This document shows, in pieces, positions 31,791 to 42,620 of a DNA stretch of 64,000 nt. The stretch is from a phage. Each line of letters opens with the position of its first letter. Position 1 is the stretch's first letter. The notes beneath the pieces are model-generated. The model did no database searches. It saw only the letters and a program-made list of their open reading frames with translations, and had not been told where the DNA came from. Both the position numbers and the translations under genes were made by a program. Location of the stretch: the NCBI GenBank assembly GCA_004257845.1, contig GCA_004257845.1_4800.1; one strand, written 5' to 3'.

Positions 31791-32651
31791 TTAAAACTCT
31801 TCTGCGTCGGTCGGAGTTTCATTGACAGGACCAGCGGCACCGCTTGCTTCTTCCTGCTTGCTGCGGTCGATGTTAACGTTACCGCCAACTACGTCGTTGC
31901 GGAATGCCTTGGCGACTTCGTACAGACCTTTGTCCTGCACCAGACCTTCCAGCTCAAACTTCAGAACGGACCAGGTGTTGCCGTCTTTGGACTGGGATGC
32001 AGTACCCATGCGAACGATGTTCATAAAGGTCGGCGGCGTTTTCAAACCTTGCGGAGTTTGAACTTTCTTCTGCTGCAGCGCGGTCATCAGCATACGAGAC
32101 GGCTTGATCATCGAAGAAGTCAAAGACAGCATGGCACTGCCAAATTCACCCGTTTCTTCGTTCAACAGAATCACGAAGTGGTTACGTGTATCTGCATAGT
32201 AAGGAGATTTCTTCTCGTGCACTTTGCCGTTTTCGTCCGGCACAAATACCTTACCGTTGATCTCAACAGCGCGGCCTGCCGCGACTTCTGCATCAACGTG
32301 CTCTTTGGTGAATTCACCTTTAAAGCCTTTATCGTCGGACTCGCGACCGCCCCAAAGGATGAAGGTGCGTTTGAATGCGCAAGGGATGATCTGCACGCCT
32401 TTCTTGCCGTCATACAACTCACCAGTAACGGTGTTGTAAAGCATGCCAGCTTTTGCACCAGGAACGTGTTTTGGATCATCTTCGTCGACCATAGGAGACA
32501 TCTTCTGCAGGACGACGATAAAAGGAATGGCATACGCATCGGCATCGGCACCTTCAAAACCAGCGCCAAAATCGGTCATGTCGACAAAATCAGCCATAGC
32601 GGACATCTGGGTGTTTTTCACTGCAACTTCGGTGGTTTCTTTCTTAGACAT
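31791..32651 (-). CDS. putative ssDNA-binding protein (T7 gp2.5-like, acidic C-terminal tail ending in Phe)
   Basis: Acidic C-terminus ...TPTDAEEF reminiscent of gp2.5-type SSB tails; sits in replication module. Confidence 0.3.
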   Translation of the reverse strand: MSKKETTEVAVKNTQMSAMADFVDMTDFGAGFEGADADAYAIPFIVVLQKMSPMVDEDDPKHVPGAKAGMLYNTVTGELYDGKKGVQIIPCAFKRTFILWGGRESDDKGFKGEFTKEHVDAEVAAGRAVEINGKVFVPDENGKVHEKKSPYYADTRNHFVILLNEETGEFGSAMLSLTSSMIKPSRMLMTALQQKKVQTPQGLKTPPTFMNIVRMGTASQSKDGNTWSVLKFELEGLVQDKGLYEVAKAFRNDVVGGNVNIDRSKQEEASGAAGPVNETPTDAEEF

Positions 32652-32710
32652 TTGATATTTTCCTATAGTATCAAGTTTCGTGGCAACCTGATTTCAAGAT
32701 AAAGGTTAAA

Positions 32711-33268
32711 TTACTTTTTGCTTTTAGGCAAGGTTATTTTAGCTTCTTTGTATTCAAAAACGCTAATATCTTCACTAACTGGATTGCCCGCTTCCAGCTG
32801 TTCTTTTACAAACGACTTCAGTGTAGCAGAATGAACGCCTTGTTTCAACGTGGCTTCAACACCATCTTCACGCAGCGCGGCAACAATCTCTTGCGCCTGT
32901 TCGATTTCTTCGCGACCGAACTCAGCCGTGACGCTGGACTTGATCAAGCCGCCGTAACCGTTGTTGACAAGCCAATCGAAAACTTTTAATTCGTTTTCTT
33001 TCTTGATTGAAGCGTTCACCTTGGACTCGACCTTGATTTTGGTCTTGTCCTCAAGCTTGATTTCGGACACGCCAAGCTCATCCATAACGCCAGGAAGCAG
33101 AACAGTTTTGATTTCACTGATTCGCTGCTTTTGCATATCAGCTTCATCTTCAAGCTCTGTCAAAGCTTCTTGGCGTTCTGCCAGTTCAGATACTAAGCGC
33201 GCAAGGCGCTCTTGAATGCTCTCAGGAGCGACCTGCGGCAAATCATCTTCCCAATTAATATTGCTCAT
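32711..33268 (-). CDS. hypothetical protein (helical, acidic; recombination-associated candidate)
   Basis: ORF adjacent to SSB-like gene. Confidence 0.35.
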   Translation of the reverse strand: MSNINWEDDLPQVAPESIQERLARLVSELAERQEALTELEDEADMQKQRISEIKTVLLPGVMDELGVSEIKLEDKTKIKVESKVNASIKKENELKVFDWLVNNGYGGLIKSSVTAEFGREEIEQAQEIVAALREDGVEATLKQGVHSATLKSFVKEQLEAGNPVSEDISVFEYKEAKITLPKSKK

Positions 33269-33528
33269 ATTTTACCTTCTTGCATTAGCCCTTCAACACG
33301 GGTCATTTGATAACGTTCAGGTTTCCAAGCCGCCAAAGCCTTCTCAGCGCCTTTCAAGGTTTTATATGCCTTGATGCCAGGCATAATAACGGTATTCACC
33401 CCAGCACCGTTGCCATAATCAAACTCTTTAACAACGCGGAACATCCCGTCAATTTCTTTGACCAAAAGACGTTTGAAAGCGATTGCACCAGTAGCTTCAT
33501 TTTTGTAACGTTCAAGGATGCGTACCAT
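33265..33528 (-). CDS. hypothetical protein (87 aa)
   Basis: ATGA-coupled ORF. Confidence 0.4.
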   Translation of the reverse strand: MVRILERYKNEATGAIAFKRLLVKEIDGMFRVVKEFDYGNGAGVNTVIMPGIKAYKTLKGAEKALAAWKPERYQMTRVEGLMQEGKI

Positions 33529-33602
33529 TTTGTATTCCTCTGTTTCGTTTCGATGAAGTAATTATGACTCATCTTCCGTGACAAGTCAAATTATTTTTGA
33601 TA

Positions 33603-35126
33603 TTAATTCATCTTTTTGCCGTCGAGGATGTGATCAGCAAGCATAGACTTCATACTTAATGAACGCTGAATTTCTTCATCGATGGTATCAACACCAATAA
33701 AATCAACATACAGCACACTTGATTTGGTGCCGATGCGGTGATTTCGGTCTTCGGATTGTTTGCGCAACTCGTTGTCATAGTTGCAAGAATAATAGATTGC
33801 CAAGTCGGCGGCGGTAAGCGTGATACCGATTCCTGCCGCTGCAGCGTGACAAACAAGCACTTGCGTCCCACCGTTCTCGACTGTGTTCTTCTGGAAGTCA
33901 TCAATCAAGAACTCACGCTGCTCTTTTGACGTCTCACCGTTATATACACCAGTGACCACGCCTTCAGACTCAAGCCAGTCCTTAATCTGGTTCATTTCTT
34001 CCTTAAAGATGGCCCAAACGATGAATTTGCGCTCTGGGTCGTCTTCCAGCACCCCTTCCACATAATCCTTAAAGGCCGTGAATCGTGGGTTGTCTTCCAT
34101 GTAGACCATCTCATCATACACCTTGACAAAGCCGGATGTAACCTGCTTCATCTTGGTGCGCGACGCGATCATCTCAAACTTGACGTTTTCTTCTTCGCCC
34201 TTGTATTCCATCAAATAGTTGTACTCATTCTTGAGTTCATCGTAGACATCGCGTTGTTTAGGCGACAGCTCGAAGTCGATAAACTTATACACCTTCTCTG
34301 GAAGGTCAGGCAAGTATTCCGCTTTTGTCGCACGAAAATAGTGCGGTTCCATCAGCCGGATAAGCTTGTCAAGGTTTTTGTACATCGGTCGGCCAAACTG
34401 GTCTTTGCGCGGCACTTGCGGAATCCCATAGCCATTGCCGCCGATTTTCTTGAGGATGGCTTGCATTTCTGGGTCGTGCGCTTCAAGTAGCACAGTGAAT
34501 TCAGAGTTGAAGGCGCGGAAAGATTTGGTGCCGAGCAAGCCTGCTTCAAGGAAGTGATATTGCATGTAAATATCCGCAGGCGAGCGCGGCAACGGCGTGC
34601 CAGAAAGGATTCGACGGGCCTTTGCCAGCCGACCCAATTCCACGACCTTGATGGAGCGTTTTGCTGTGTTATTTTTGATGCGAGTCGATTCATCAATGAT
34701 CATCAGGCAGCGGTATTTCTTCAAGACCGACTCGATGTGTTGATAACCTACTGGTGTGTTGACGGTATCGATGTTGAATGAGAAGATGCGCGCAGGCACT
34801 TCGCCTTCAGGGTAGTGATCAGCAAACATCTTCTCCCAAAGCGCCTTGCCCTTTTTAGTCTTCATCTTGTCGTTGCCGCGCCAGTAGTGCCCAATCCACT
34901 TGATGGAAAGGTGTTCTGGTGCTTCACGACGAATCCAGTTGGAGTGGACACCGTTTGGAGCGATGACGACCATGGCATCGAACGCGCCAGCAGTGAAGTG
35001 CTTTTCAAACTCTGCCAAAGCGGTCCAAGTTTTACCAAGACCCTGTTCCATGAAATAGGCAAAGTATTTTCTGCGGCCTGCTTTATCAAGCGCCAGAAGC
35101 TGGTGGCGCATCCCTTGTGTTTTCAT
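33603..35126 (-). CDS. SNF2-family helicase
   Basis: Motifs QGLGKT (Walker A-like), DESTRIKN (DExx box), SGTPLP, C-terminal QSEDRNHRIG. Confidence 0.7.
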   Translation of the reverse strand: MKTQGMRHQLLALDKAGRRKYFAYFMEQGLGKTWTALAEFEKHFTAGAFDAMVVIAPNGVHSNWIRREAPEHLSIKWIGHYWRGNDKMKTKKGKALWEKMFADHYPEGEVPARIFSFNIDTVNTPVGYQHIESVLKKYRCLMIIDESTRIKNNTAKRSIKVVELGRLAKARRILSGTPLPRSPADIYMQYHFLEAGLLGTKSFRAFNSEFTVLLEAHDPEMQAILKKIGGNGYGIPQVPRKDQFGRPMYKNLDKLIRLMEPHYFRATKAEYLPDLPEKVYKFIDFELSPKQRDVYDELKNEYNYLMEYKGEEENVKFEMIASRTKMKQVTSGFVKVYDEMVYMEDNPRFTAFKDYVEGVLEDDPERKFIVWAIFKEEMNQIKDWLESEGVVTGVYNGETSKEQREFLIDDFQKNTVENGGTQVLVCHAAAAGIGITLTAADLAIYYSCNYDNELRKQSEDRNHRIGTKSSVLYVDFIGVDTIDEEIQRSLSMKSMLADHILDGKKMN

Positions 35127-35545
35127 GACAATTCCTCTAAATACTTGATGATGTGATGGATGGACCCGCTCGCGGCGACCATAGCCAGAATCTCATGCTT
35201 AGTATATTCTTTTAATCGCAATGAAGGGTGAACTAAATAATAAGCCTTTTCAGAGTCCACCTTCAGCAACACGAATGACGAGAATTTCCAATCACTCCAA
35301 GAAGTCAAAAAGCTTTGTTGACCTTTCTCAAATGCGCTCTTGAAAGGAAGAGTGGTGGCCCTTGCAGGCCACGATTCAAAGAACTTCATTTCAAGCCAAA
35401 AGCCGCGCCCTTTCCGGTTGGTGCCGATTACGTCCGGCACACCATCACCCGTCATTGATTCGATTCTTTGAAGCTTCAAGATTGATTCTGAATGCTTCTT
35501 CAAAGGCACGAATATGTATTTCTGTTCACGGTTATTTGTTGCCAT
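35123..35545 (-). CDS. VRR-NUC domain nuclease
   Basis: GVPDV ... FWLEMK PD-(D/E)xK-like motif; typical partner of phage SNF2 helicases; start taken at internal Met (ORF extends to 35596). Confidence 0.45.
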   Translation of the reverse strand: MATNNREQKYIFVPLKKHSESILKLQRIESMTGDGVPDVIGTNRKGRGFWLEMKFFESWPARATTLPFKSAFEKGQQSFLTSWSDWKFSSFVLLKVDSEKAYYLVHPSLRLKEYTKHEILAMVAASGSIHHIIKYLEELS

Positions 35546-38429
35546 CTGGATACACCTGTTTGATAACGTCGACGATGAACATGTCAATGCCTTCAAGTTT
35601 GCGGCCTTTCATCAGGAAGAATGCGCCGTTCCCGACGTTCTCTGCAATGTATTTCCCGTATTTCTGGAACTTCTCTGGACGAATCCTGAAGCGCATTGGC
35701 GAGTCGGTCGAATCGTCCTTGCACATAAGGTCAATGAACTGAGTCTCAAGCTTGTTTCCATACTGGTCAAACTCTGCGTAGCGGCCATCAGCTTGAAGAC
35801 CCTTTTTAAGTTTGCCGTGCTTTGTATAAATGCCGCGCTCAAGACGTTTACGGATGCGTGTCGCTTCGTTCTCGTCAGCCAGCACTTTCTTGGTCAACTT
35901 GCCGATCACTATTGCACGCTCGTCATCGCCGACTTCCTTCATCTGGCGTATTGAAGCACCGGAAGTAACGCCAATCAGATAGGGGTCATTATATGCCCAT
36001 CCGAACTTTGTGTGCATCTCTGTAAGGTCGCCGTATTTGACTTCAGCATTGGCCAATGCATCCTTTTGCTTTTGCGTTAAGGTTCCGGCTTCACGTGCTT
36101 CGATATACTTCATCGCCTTCACCATGCCATATCCTTTTGCGTTCATGATGCCGCCGATTAGCTTTCCGTTAGCGATGGTCCAGTTCATTGAAGAGTGATC
36201 AGGGTCGATTGGCACATAATCCACGCCTTCCTTCGCAAGTTCACGTAATATCGCAATCGTCTGGTCTTCGTCCTTAGCAGCGCGTAAGCAAGCAGCGGCA
36301 AATTCCAACGGGTAGTGTCGCTTAAGCCACAAGGTCCAGTAGGTCACGACCGCGTATGATACGGAGTGTGACTTGTTAAAGCCCCATGACCCGAACGTCG
36401 CCATCGCTTGCCAAAGCTTTCTTGCATCCGCTTCCGGTACGCCGTTATTTATTGCTCCTGCAACGAAGTCTTCGCCAAGCTTGTTAAAGTATTCCTCACC
36501 CTTACGACCTGACATCGCCTTACGTACAGCGGATGTTTTCGCCCAGTCAAATGAACCAATCTCTTTGACCACGGCCATGATTTGCTCTTGGTAAAGAAAC
36601 ACGCCGTAAGTCTCTTTTAAGTACGGCTCAAGCTGCGGCACGTCGTACTCAATCGGCGCACGTCCTGCCGCGCGTTCAATGTATTTCTGGGCCATACCGG
36701 ACGACAACGGGCCAGGTCGGCCAAGTGCTGTCAGGTTATCGATTTTGTTAAAGTTATCAACGTGCACAAAGTTGGTTACTGAGCGTACAGCGTCGCCTTC
36801 AAACTGGAAGATGCCTGACATCTTGTTTTCGTTAAGGATGTCAAGGACGCTTTGGTCATCAAGCTTGATTCCGTACAGCGTTTCAGCATCTATCACGCCA
36901 GTATCAGAAATGATTCCGAGAGTACGAAGGCCCAGCGCATCAAGCTTCAAAAGGTTTAGGTATTCGCTGTCAGGCTTATCGATTTGCGCAATCCCTTCTG
37001 CAGTTACAGTACAGTAATCAGAGATTGGGTCATTACACACAATGATTCCCGCTGCGTGAACACCTGTGTGAGACGGGTGAATCTCAAGGTCACCCATGCA
37101 ACGCGCGGCGTCAGGATATTTCGCCACGAACTCTTGGCCCGTGGTCGTTGTTGCAAAGGTATCCTCCAGGCCGTGACCATAACGGGCGTCACCGGATGAG
37201 TATTCAAGCAGTGCGTTTTTAATGTTGGCTGTTTCGTGGTATCCAATGTTGAACTTCTTACCAACTTGAGCCATTACTGAGTTGGCCTTAAGCGTGTTGA
37301 TGTTGCCAAGCTTTGCAACGTTCATTTCGCCGTATTTCTCTTTAAGATAATCAAACACCATATAGCGTTTGGTATCTTCAAAGTCGATGTCGATGTCAGG
37401 AAGGTCGGCGCGGCTTACGTCGATGAATCGGGCAAACAGTAGCTTATACGGGATTGGGTCCACTTCCGTGATGCCGAGGCAATAGCAAACAAGTGAACCA
37501 GCCGATGAGCCGCGAGCAGGACCGACGAGCATTTTTGTTTTTGCGAATCGTACAAGGTCTGCTACCACCAGAAAGTATGAGTCGAAATCTTTCAGCTGAA
37601 TCTGGTGAATTTCTTCGTTGAAGCGGTCCTCGTATTCCTGAGTCCATTCTTTGATGTGACCTGCTTTGAGACGGTACTCCATGCCCTCACGCGCAAGCTT
37701 TACCATGTCACCAGCAAGGTGAATAATCGGTGCCTTACGCAATTTCAGGTCAAGTCCGACTATGCCGTTTGCTATGTCAACAGCATTGGCCGTTGCCTGA
37801 TTGAGCTCATCTTCAGTCAAGATGCCTTTAAGCTGTTTTCGCAAGTCTTCCGCGTCAACGATGCAATGCGGCTTCACCGTGTCGCGCACTTCCCAAGCAT
37901 AAGCAAAGTCAACGTGCTCAGGTGAAGGCATGTGGTTGTATCCGGTTAAAACCAGCGGCCTTCCACCACTACGATGAGCCAACACCTGGCGCTTTGCCAA
38001 AAGGAACGACGATGGGTTGACGTCTATATAGTCGTAGTCCTCTGGCCGCAGCAGTTCCACGGCACCGCCACAGAATTTAACGACGCCATCGAGCGCCCCG
38101 AACTCTGCACGGGTAAGACCACCACGCTGCGTTGCAAGTGTTGTAGCGTTGTAAAAAGATTTTAAGTCAAGGGCCAATATCCAAGCCTTCGGTTTGAATC
38201 CCTTTTTCGGGTCCGCATCAGGGTCGATGATTGGAATCTCCATTCCAAACATAGGATTAATATCATTTTTCTGGCATTCCTTTTCCCAGCGAACGTGACC
38301 CCATGTGTTGTTATCAACTAATGCCGCGACTTCGCAGCCCAACTCTTTGAGCCGTGCTATAATTTCAGGATGCCGTCCATAAACTTCTTTGAACGTGTAA
38401 CCGCTGCGAACTCTCAATTGTGGAAACAT
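35532..38429 (-). CDS. dnaE: DNA polymerase III alpha-like replicative polymerase (DnaE family, PHP domain)
   Basis: 965 aa; N-terminal PHP-like region; DnaE palm motif ...RADLPDIDIDFE...; length and organisation. Confidence 0.75.
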   Translation of the reverse strand: MFPQLRVRSGYTFKEVYGRHPEIIARLKELGCEVAALVDNNTWGHVRWEKECQKNDINPMFGMEIPIIDPDADPKKGFKPKAWILALDLKSFYNATTLATQRGGLTRAEFGALDGVVKFCGGAVELLRPEDYDYIDVNPSSFLLAKRQVLAHRSGGRPLVLTGYNHMPSPEHVDFAYAWEVRDTVKPHCIVDAEDLRKQLKGILTEDELNQATANAVDIANGIVGLDLKLRKAPIIHLAGDMVKLAREGMEYRLKAGHIKEWTQEYEDRFNEEIHQIQLKDFDSYFLVVADLVRFAKTKMLVGPARGSSAGSLVCYCLGITEVDPIPYKLLFARFIDVSRADLPDIDIDFEDTKRYMVFDYLKEKYGEMNVAKLGNINTLKANSVMAQVGKKFNIGYHETANIKNALLEYSSGDARYGHGLEDTFATTTTGQEFVAKYPDAARCMGDLEIHPSHTGVHAAGIIVCNDPISDYCTVTAEGIAQIDKPDSEYLNLLKLDALGLRTLGIISDTGVIDAETLYGIKLDDQSVLDILNENKMSGIFQFEGDAVRSVTNFVHVDNFNKIDNLTALGRPGPLSSGMAQKYIERAAGRAPIEYDVPQLEPYLKETYGVFLYQEQIMAVVKEIGSFDWAKTSAVRKAMSGRKGEEYFNKLGEDFVAGAINNGVPEADARKLWQAMATFGSWGFNKSHSVSYAVVTYWTLWLKRHYPLEFAAACLRAAKDEDQTIAILRELAKEGVDYVPIDPDHSSMNWTIANGKLIGGIMNAKGYGMVKAMKYIEAREAGTLTQKQKDALANAEVKYGDLTEMHTKFGWAYNDPYLIGVTSGASIRQMKEVGDDERAIVIGKLTKKVLADENEATRIRKRLERGIYTKHGKLKKGLQADGRYAEFDQYGNKLETQFIDLMCKDDSTDSPMRFRIRPEKFQKYGKYIAENVGNGAFFLMKGRKLEGIDMFIVDVIKQVYPDGNK

Positions 38430-38971
38430 TATTTACTCCAGATGTCATATACGCCAATTTGTTGGCAGACTTTGTGCAGTAATATTACGTCGTCTAATGC
38501 ACGGTGTTTCTGTTCATATTTTCCGAAATATAATTCATACAGCTCTTGAAGCTTAACTCTTCGGCCAAAAATAGGCAAGGTTTGCTCAACTGTACAAATG
38601 TTTATTTCTGGAAAATTAACATCATCAAGCGTAAGTCCTTCGCGCTGTAGTGCATAATCAAGAATGTTTTTATCGAACGCATGGTTGTGCGCGATAGTTG
38701 CATCAGTCTTCTTGAAGATTTCTTTTAGCTGCGGGACGAAATTGATGAACGGTGGATTGCACTCAAGGTCTTCATTTGTTAATCCGGTAATCTTTGTGAT
38801 AATTTCTTCAATCACGATTTCAGGATTAATTATGAATTCAAACGTTTCAAGAATCTCTTTGCCGTCTGTCAACAGACCTGCAAATTCAATAGGGCGCGGC
38901 TGCATCCCAAGCGGCGCTTTCGGGTGCACGGTCAATCCGGTTGTTTCGAAGTCATAAGGGAGAAATAACAC
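38429..38971 (-). CDS. DnaQ-like 3'-5' exonuclease (DEDDh)
   Basis: Exo motifs DFETTGL, AHNHAFD, HRALDDV; ATGA-coupled to polymerase gene. Confidence 0.7.
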   Translation of the reverse strand: MLFLPYDFETTGLTVHPKAPLGMQPRPIEFAGLLTDGKEILETFEFIINPEIVIEEIITKITGLTNEDLECNPPFINFVPQLKEIFKKTDATIAHNHAFDKNILDYALQREGLTLDDVNFPEINICTVEQTLPIFGRRVKLQELYELYFGKYEQKHRALDDVILLHKVCQQIGVYDIWSK

Positions 38972-39025
38972 ATTAGCCTCCTACAAAAAGGCCGCCCATT
39001 AGGACGGCCACAGATTCACGATTCG

Positions 39026-39577
39026 TTATACAGTGTACGGAGTACCGTCTTGATTCAAGCGCACGATAAACTTCAAATCAACGCCGATGATTTCACGCGT
39101 ATCAAAGATCACATAGTTGTAACGACGTTGACCAGCAATGTTCGGGTTGGTATGAGAGTCAGTTACAACTTCCTGTGCAACCTGAATGCCTTCTTCGCTA
39201 AAGAACTTACGCCATTCAGCAAGTTCAGCGGCAGTTACGTGCATACCAAGATGGCTAACCTGATTGTCATGCGCATCGATATATTCGATGTTTTCGTTAA
39301 TCCAGTTGCAGCCCATTGTGTAGTCAAGGATTTCAAGCTCAAGAGGCTTACCAGCGCCGCCATCAGTACCGTTGCCAGCCTGATAGTTGAAGCGCAAGTC
39401 AGCTTCATTGGTGCAATCGTCGCGACGACCTTTAAAGTCATCAGCTTCAAATACGCGACCAGTAGCAACAACATGATCATGGAACCATTCTGTCAGGCCG
39501 ATTTTAGCCAAGAAATCCTGTGCGCGCTGAGCATCTGGAATTGACAGGGCGATTTGTTCAATTTTAAAATGTGGCAT
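39026..39577 (-). CDS. VOC (glyoxalase/dioxygenase-like) family protein
   Basis: Two-module beta-alpha-beta-like sequence with conserved His/Glu positions (HDHV ... HLGMHV); weak. Confidence 0.3.
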   Translation of the reverse strand: MPHFKIEQIALSIPDAQRAQDFLAKIGLTEWFHDHVVATGRVFEADDFKGRRDDCTNEADLRFNYQAGNGTDGGAGKPLELEILDYTMGCNWINENIEYIDAHDNQVSHLGMHVTAAELAEWRKFFSEEGIQVAQEVVTDSHTNPNIAGQRRYNYVIFDTREIIGVDLKFIVRLNQDGTPYTV

Positions 39578-39673
39578 TTTGTTTCCTTAATTAAATATTA
39601 TTGATTAATTACTGTGTTGTCTTCGTCCTGTTTCTTTTCAGGAGCGGGTGTGACAACTTCAAATGTTCGTGAT

Positions 39674-40357
39674 TTATTTACCAAATGGAATATCAGTACC
39701 AGACATAAAGCGCCATGCGCCAGTAATTAAGATATGGCGAATGAAGTCAGCAATTACTTGCGGCTCAGTCTCCAATCCATTCATCAATGCCTTTTTCTGG
39801 TATTCAGCAGCGTATTCAGGAGTCCAGCCGCGAGTCGCGCAAACGGCATCTTCAATCTGTTTAGACATGCCAGTGCCGCGCAACTTGTTAGGACTAATAG
39901 AGAATACCGTGATGCCGTACTTAGGCGTAAGTTCGTGAGCCATCTGCTTGCTGATCATAAGCGCAGCAGCCTTGGATGCATTATAACACAAGCTGGACGT
40001 CATAGGAATATGCGCAGCGTTGGAAACGATGTTGATCACAAAGCCTTTGTTGTCGATAAGACTTTTCAGCGCAGCCTGAGTCGTGTTAACGAAAGAGAAT
40101 GCGTTGGTGTGCATAACGCGGTTAAACTCTTCATAGTTTACATCTTCAAACCAATTGTTAGAGTTGACACCAGCACAGTTGATCAAGCCTTCAACATCAT
40201 ATGGGCTTAAAATTTCTTTCATCTGTTTAGCATCGCGGACGTCATATCCGTATGCTGAATCGATGCCAAGCACGTTATGACCGTAAGCGCCAAGGGTGTC
40301 AAAAATAGATTTACCAAGACCGGAATTGGAACCTGTTACAACAATTACTTTTTTCAT
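39674..40357 (-). CDS. short-chain dehydrogenase/reductase (SDR)
   Basis: N-terminal VVTGSNSGLGKS (TGxxxGxG), NCAG, catalytic S ... YNASK. Confidence 0.65.
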   Translation of the reverse strand: MKKVIVVTGSNSGLGKSIFDTLGAYGHNVLGIDSAYGYDVRDAKQMKEILSPYDVEGLINCAGVNSNNWFEDVNYEEFNRVMHTNAFSFVNTTQAALKSLIDNKGFVINIVSNAAHIPMTSSLCYNASKAAALMISKQMAHELTPKYGITVFSISPNKLRGTGMSKQIEDAVCATRGWTPEYAAEYQKKALMNGLETEPQVIADFIRHILITGAWRFMSGTDIPFGK

Positions 40358-40422
40358 TTATTTATCCTTTTTGGACTTCGTTTCGATGAGGTAAATATAA
40401 CTCATCGAAACGCACAAGTAAA

Positions 40423-41295
40423 CTATTTATTGAAATTAATATTATGGGTGTTTACAAGACGTTCACACATGGCGCTATAAACACCATCGTCGTGTATTGA
40501 GTCTTCGTGCTTCAGGCCGCTGATTGCGAAGCGTGTAAGCTTGACAATCTTAAGCTCGAACAGATGCCACATGTGGTAGTCTTCCGGCGTTTTCAGCGTC
40601 ACGCCATTAGGGAACAACACCTGCATAACCTGACCTACCATCACAGCGTTATCGCCATAAACGGCATTGCGCTCACGGAAGGTCGCGGCCATCGCATCAA
40701 GAATATCGGCGGCAGTTGCCGGAGATTGTTCAACTTCCACAGCCTTAGTCTCTTCTTGCCCTGTTGCGCTTGGATCAATTGCTAATTGTTGCACCACTTC
40801 ACCTGCTTTGCAAAGATTAAATGTAAAAGCGATTTTATTTTGAGCAACGGAGTTATAATACAATGCTTCATCTTGCATCCGCGCGAGTACGTCTTGTCGG
40901 TCGTCGAATACATTGATGATTCGATAATCGCCGTGCCGCAAAGCGTGCGATAGCCATGCAGATTTCATAATAGTTGATGGACGTTTGTCGCCATAGTCTC
41001 TCATCTTGATTGTAAATTCATCAAAAGGGAAAACATTGTCCAGACGTTCAAAAGTCACTTGTCTGTATTTTTCTGGCCTTGCAGTCCAATATTCAACCGC
41101 CTCACCGCGAAGAGATGCCGACTCTACTGCTGATGCAATGTGAGGATAGAACTGATCATAACCAATACCGCTGTGATAGTCATCATAGTCTGACAACGGA
41201 CCTGCCACCTTGATGCGGTCTAAGCGCCAACGGTCATCAAACAGCGTTCCGTCAAGGTCGAATACGTTTAAGATTTCGCTGTTTTTAATGCTCAT
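40423..41295 (-). CDS. HAD-superfamily phosphatase fused to an unknown C-terminal domain
   Basis: Motif I VFDLDGTLFDD and motif IV-like VFDDRQDV; ~110-aa helical C-terminal extension. Confidence 0.5.
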   Translation of the reverse strand: MSIKNSEILNVFDLDGTLFDDRWRLDRIKVAGPLSDYDDYHSGIGYDQFYPHIASAVESASLRGEAVEYWTARPEKYRQVTFERLDNVFPFDEFTIKMRDYGDKRPSTIMKSAWLSHALRHGDYRIINVFDDRQDVLARMQDEALYYNSVAQNKIAFTFNLCKAGEVVQQLAIDPSATGQEETKAVEVEQSPATAADILDAMAATFRERNAVYGDNAVMVGQVMQVLFPNGVTLKTPEDYHMWHLFELKIVKLTRFAISGLKHEDSIHDDGVYSAMCERLVNTHNINFNK

Positions 41296-42095
41296 CCTTT
41301 TGATACTCCATCTTTAGCAACTGGATTGTTGGTGATTGGCATTGCACTCCAAAACTGGATGCGCAACTCTTCTTGCTGTGCCGTGGTATCCATCCAATCA
41401 CGATACCAAGGGCAATGGGCTTTGCCATGACGAGGAAACGCGCACTTACCCATACCGATGCACTGAGGCTGTAGTAAAGGATTGGCCCACGGGTGCACCT
41501 TAAGGACTTCCGCAACCATTGCACGGAATACTTCTTGATACTCGCCTTGAGTACGCGTGCACAAGCGGTTAGAGGCCATTTGTTGCAGAGTGCGCAAGTT
41601 GAACTTTGCCATGATATGCGTTTGCATATTAGAAGGCAACACGGCACGTGCATCTTGAATCTCTGCGCCAGCCGCGCGAAGTTCTTGGTATAGGGCGTCA
41701 ATGGTTGCCATTGCATCATCCCATTTCTCTGCCAGTTCAGCAGCCTTCTCGTCATGACGAGTCCATCCCTTTGGATCATCCTCTGGGTAAGTAAATTTGG
41801 CAGGACGAATCGCATCAAATGCTGACGACTCCTGAGCGCGGCTTGTGCGTTCTTGATATGCACCTGTGCGTGTGCGCACCATCTGATGAGTCATATTCTT
41901 TGATACATCAGTGATGTCAAAGATATAGTCCACAAAGTCAAAAGGCGACTTGATTGTATCAAGCATGTAGCGCCAGTGCTCTTGCTTCTCTGATTCTGTC
42001 ATCTCAGAGACTGGCTTACCAGTCATGCGCGTGTTCTTTGTTTCCAGCAAAAGGTCAAGTGCATCTTGGGTGTATCGAATTAATTCAACTTTCAT
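41292..42095 (-). CDS. divergent ThyX-like (flavin-dependent thymidylate synthase-like) protein
   Basis: Segment FVDYIFDITDV ... HQMVRTRTGAYQERTSRA recalled as paralleling the ThyX RHR-x7-S-x-R-Y region but with RTR, T and A at signature positions; ATGA-coupled to HAD gene. Confidence 0.4.
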   Translation of the reverse strand: MKVELIRYTQDALDLLLETKNTRMTGKPVSEMTESEKQEHWRYMLDTIKSPFDFVDYIFDITDVSKNMTHQMVRTRTGAYQERTSRAQESSAFDAIRPAKFTYPEDDPKGWTRHDEKAAELAEKWDDAMATIDALYQELRAAGAEIQDARAVLPSNMQTHIMAKFNLRTLQQMASNRLCTRTQGEYQEVFRAMVAEVLKVHPWANPLLQPQCIGMGKCAFPRHGKAHCPWYRDWMDTTAQQEELRIQFWSAMPITNNPVAKDGVSKG

Positions 42096-42108
42096 TTTAA
42101 TTATCCTA

Positions 42109-42555
42109 TTAACGGTAATTCACTAGTTGCTGATCACCAGAGAAGGTGCAATGATAAACGAATTGTGCGTTATAAAGCAACTGAAAACTTTTCTTTGGTT
42201 CATTATTAGAACTCATTGATGTAAAGATTTCTGCACCAGAACGGTTTTCACCAATCAGGTTAATAAAGCCGCCAGTTGAACGAGGCTGAACGAAAGTGAA
42301 ACGCTGCATCCACGGAGTCCGGTTGGCACCTTTTCCAGTGAATCCCTGAATCTGAATATTCAGACCTTCTTGCTCGTTCACACCGATGTAAGTGGTAATT
42401 GTTGCGCCAGTCGTCGCTGCGGTCTTGCCGTCCATCGCTTCGCAATCGTAAACAGCGATTGAATCGGAAGTACGGACAGCGGCTTCAGTCGCTTCCATAT
42501 ACATGGTTCCGAGAATAGCAGTCGCGGCAAGCGCGATTCCAGTGATGCGTTTCAT
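42109..42555 (-). CDS. secreted protein (148 aa) with signal peptide
   Basis: MKRITGIALAATAILGTMYMEA signal-like N-terminus. Confidence 0.45.
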   Translation of the reverse strand: MKRITGIALAATAILGTMYMEATEAAVRTSDSIAVYDCEAMDGKTAATTGATITTYIGVNEQEGLNIQIQGFTGKGANRTPWMQRFTFVQPRSTGGFINLIGENRSGAEIFTSMSSNNEPKKSFQLLYNAQFVYHCTFSGDQQLVNYR

Positions 42556-42620
42556 TTTCGTTTCCTCTATGAGTTCTGCTTCAATGATTAAAGTATACGC
42601 CCATTGAAGCAGAAAGCAAA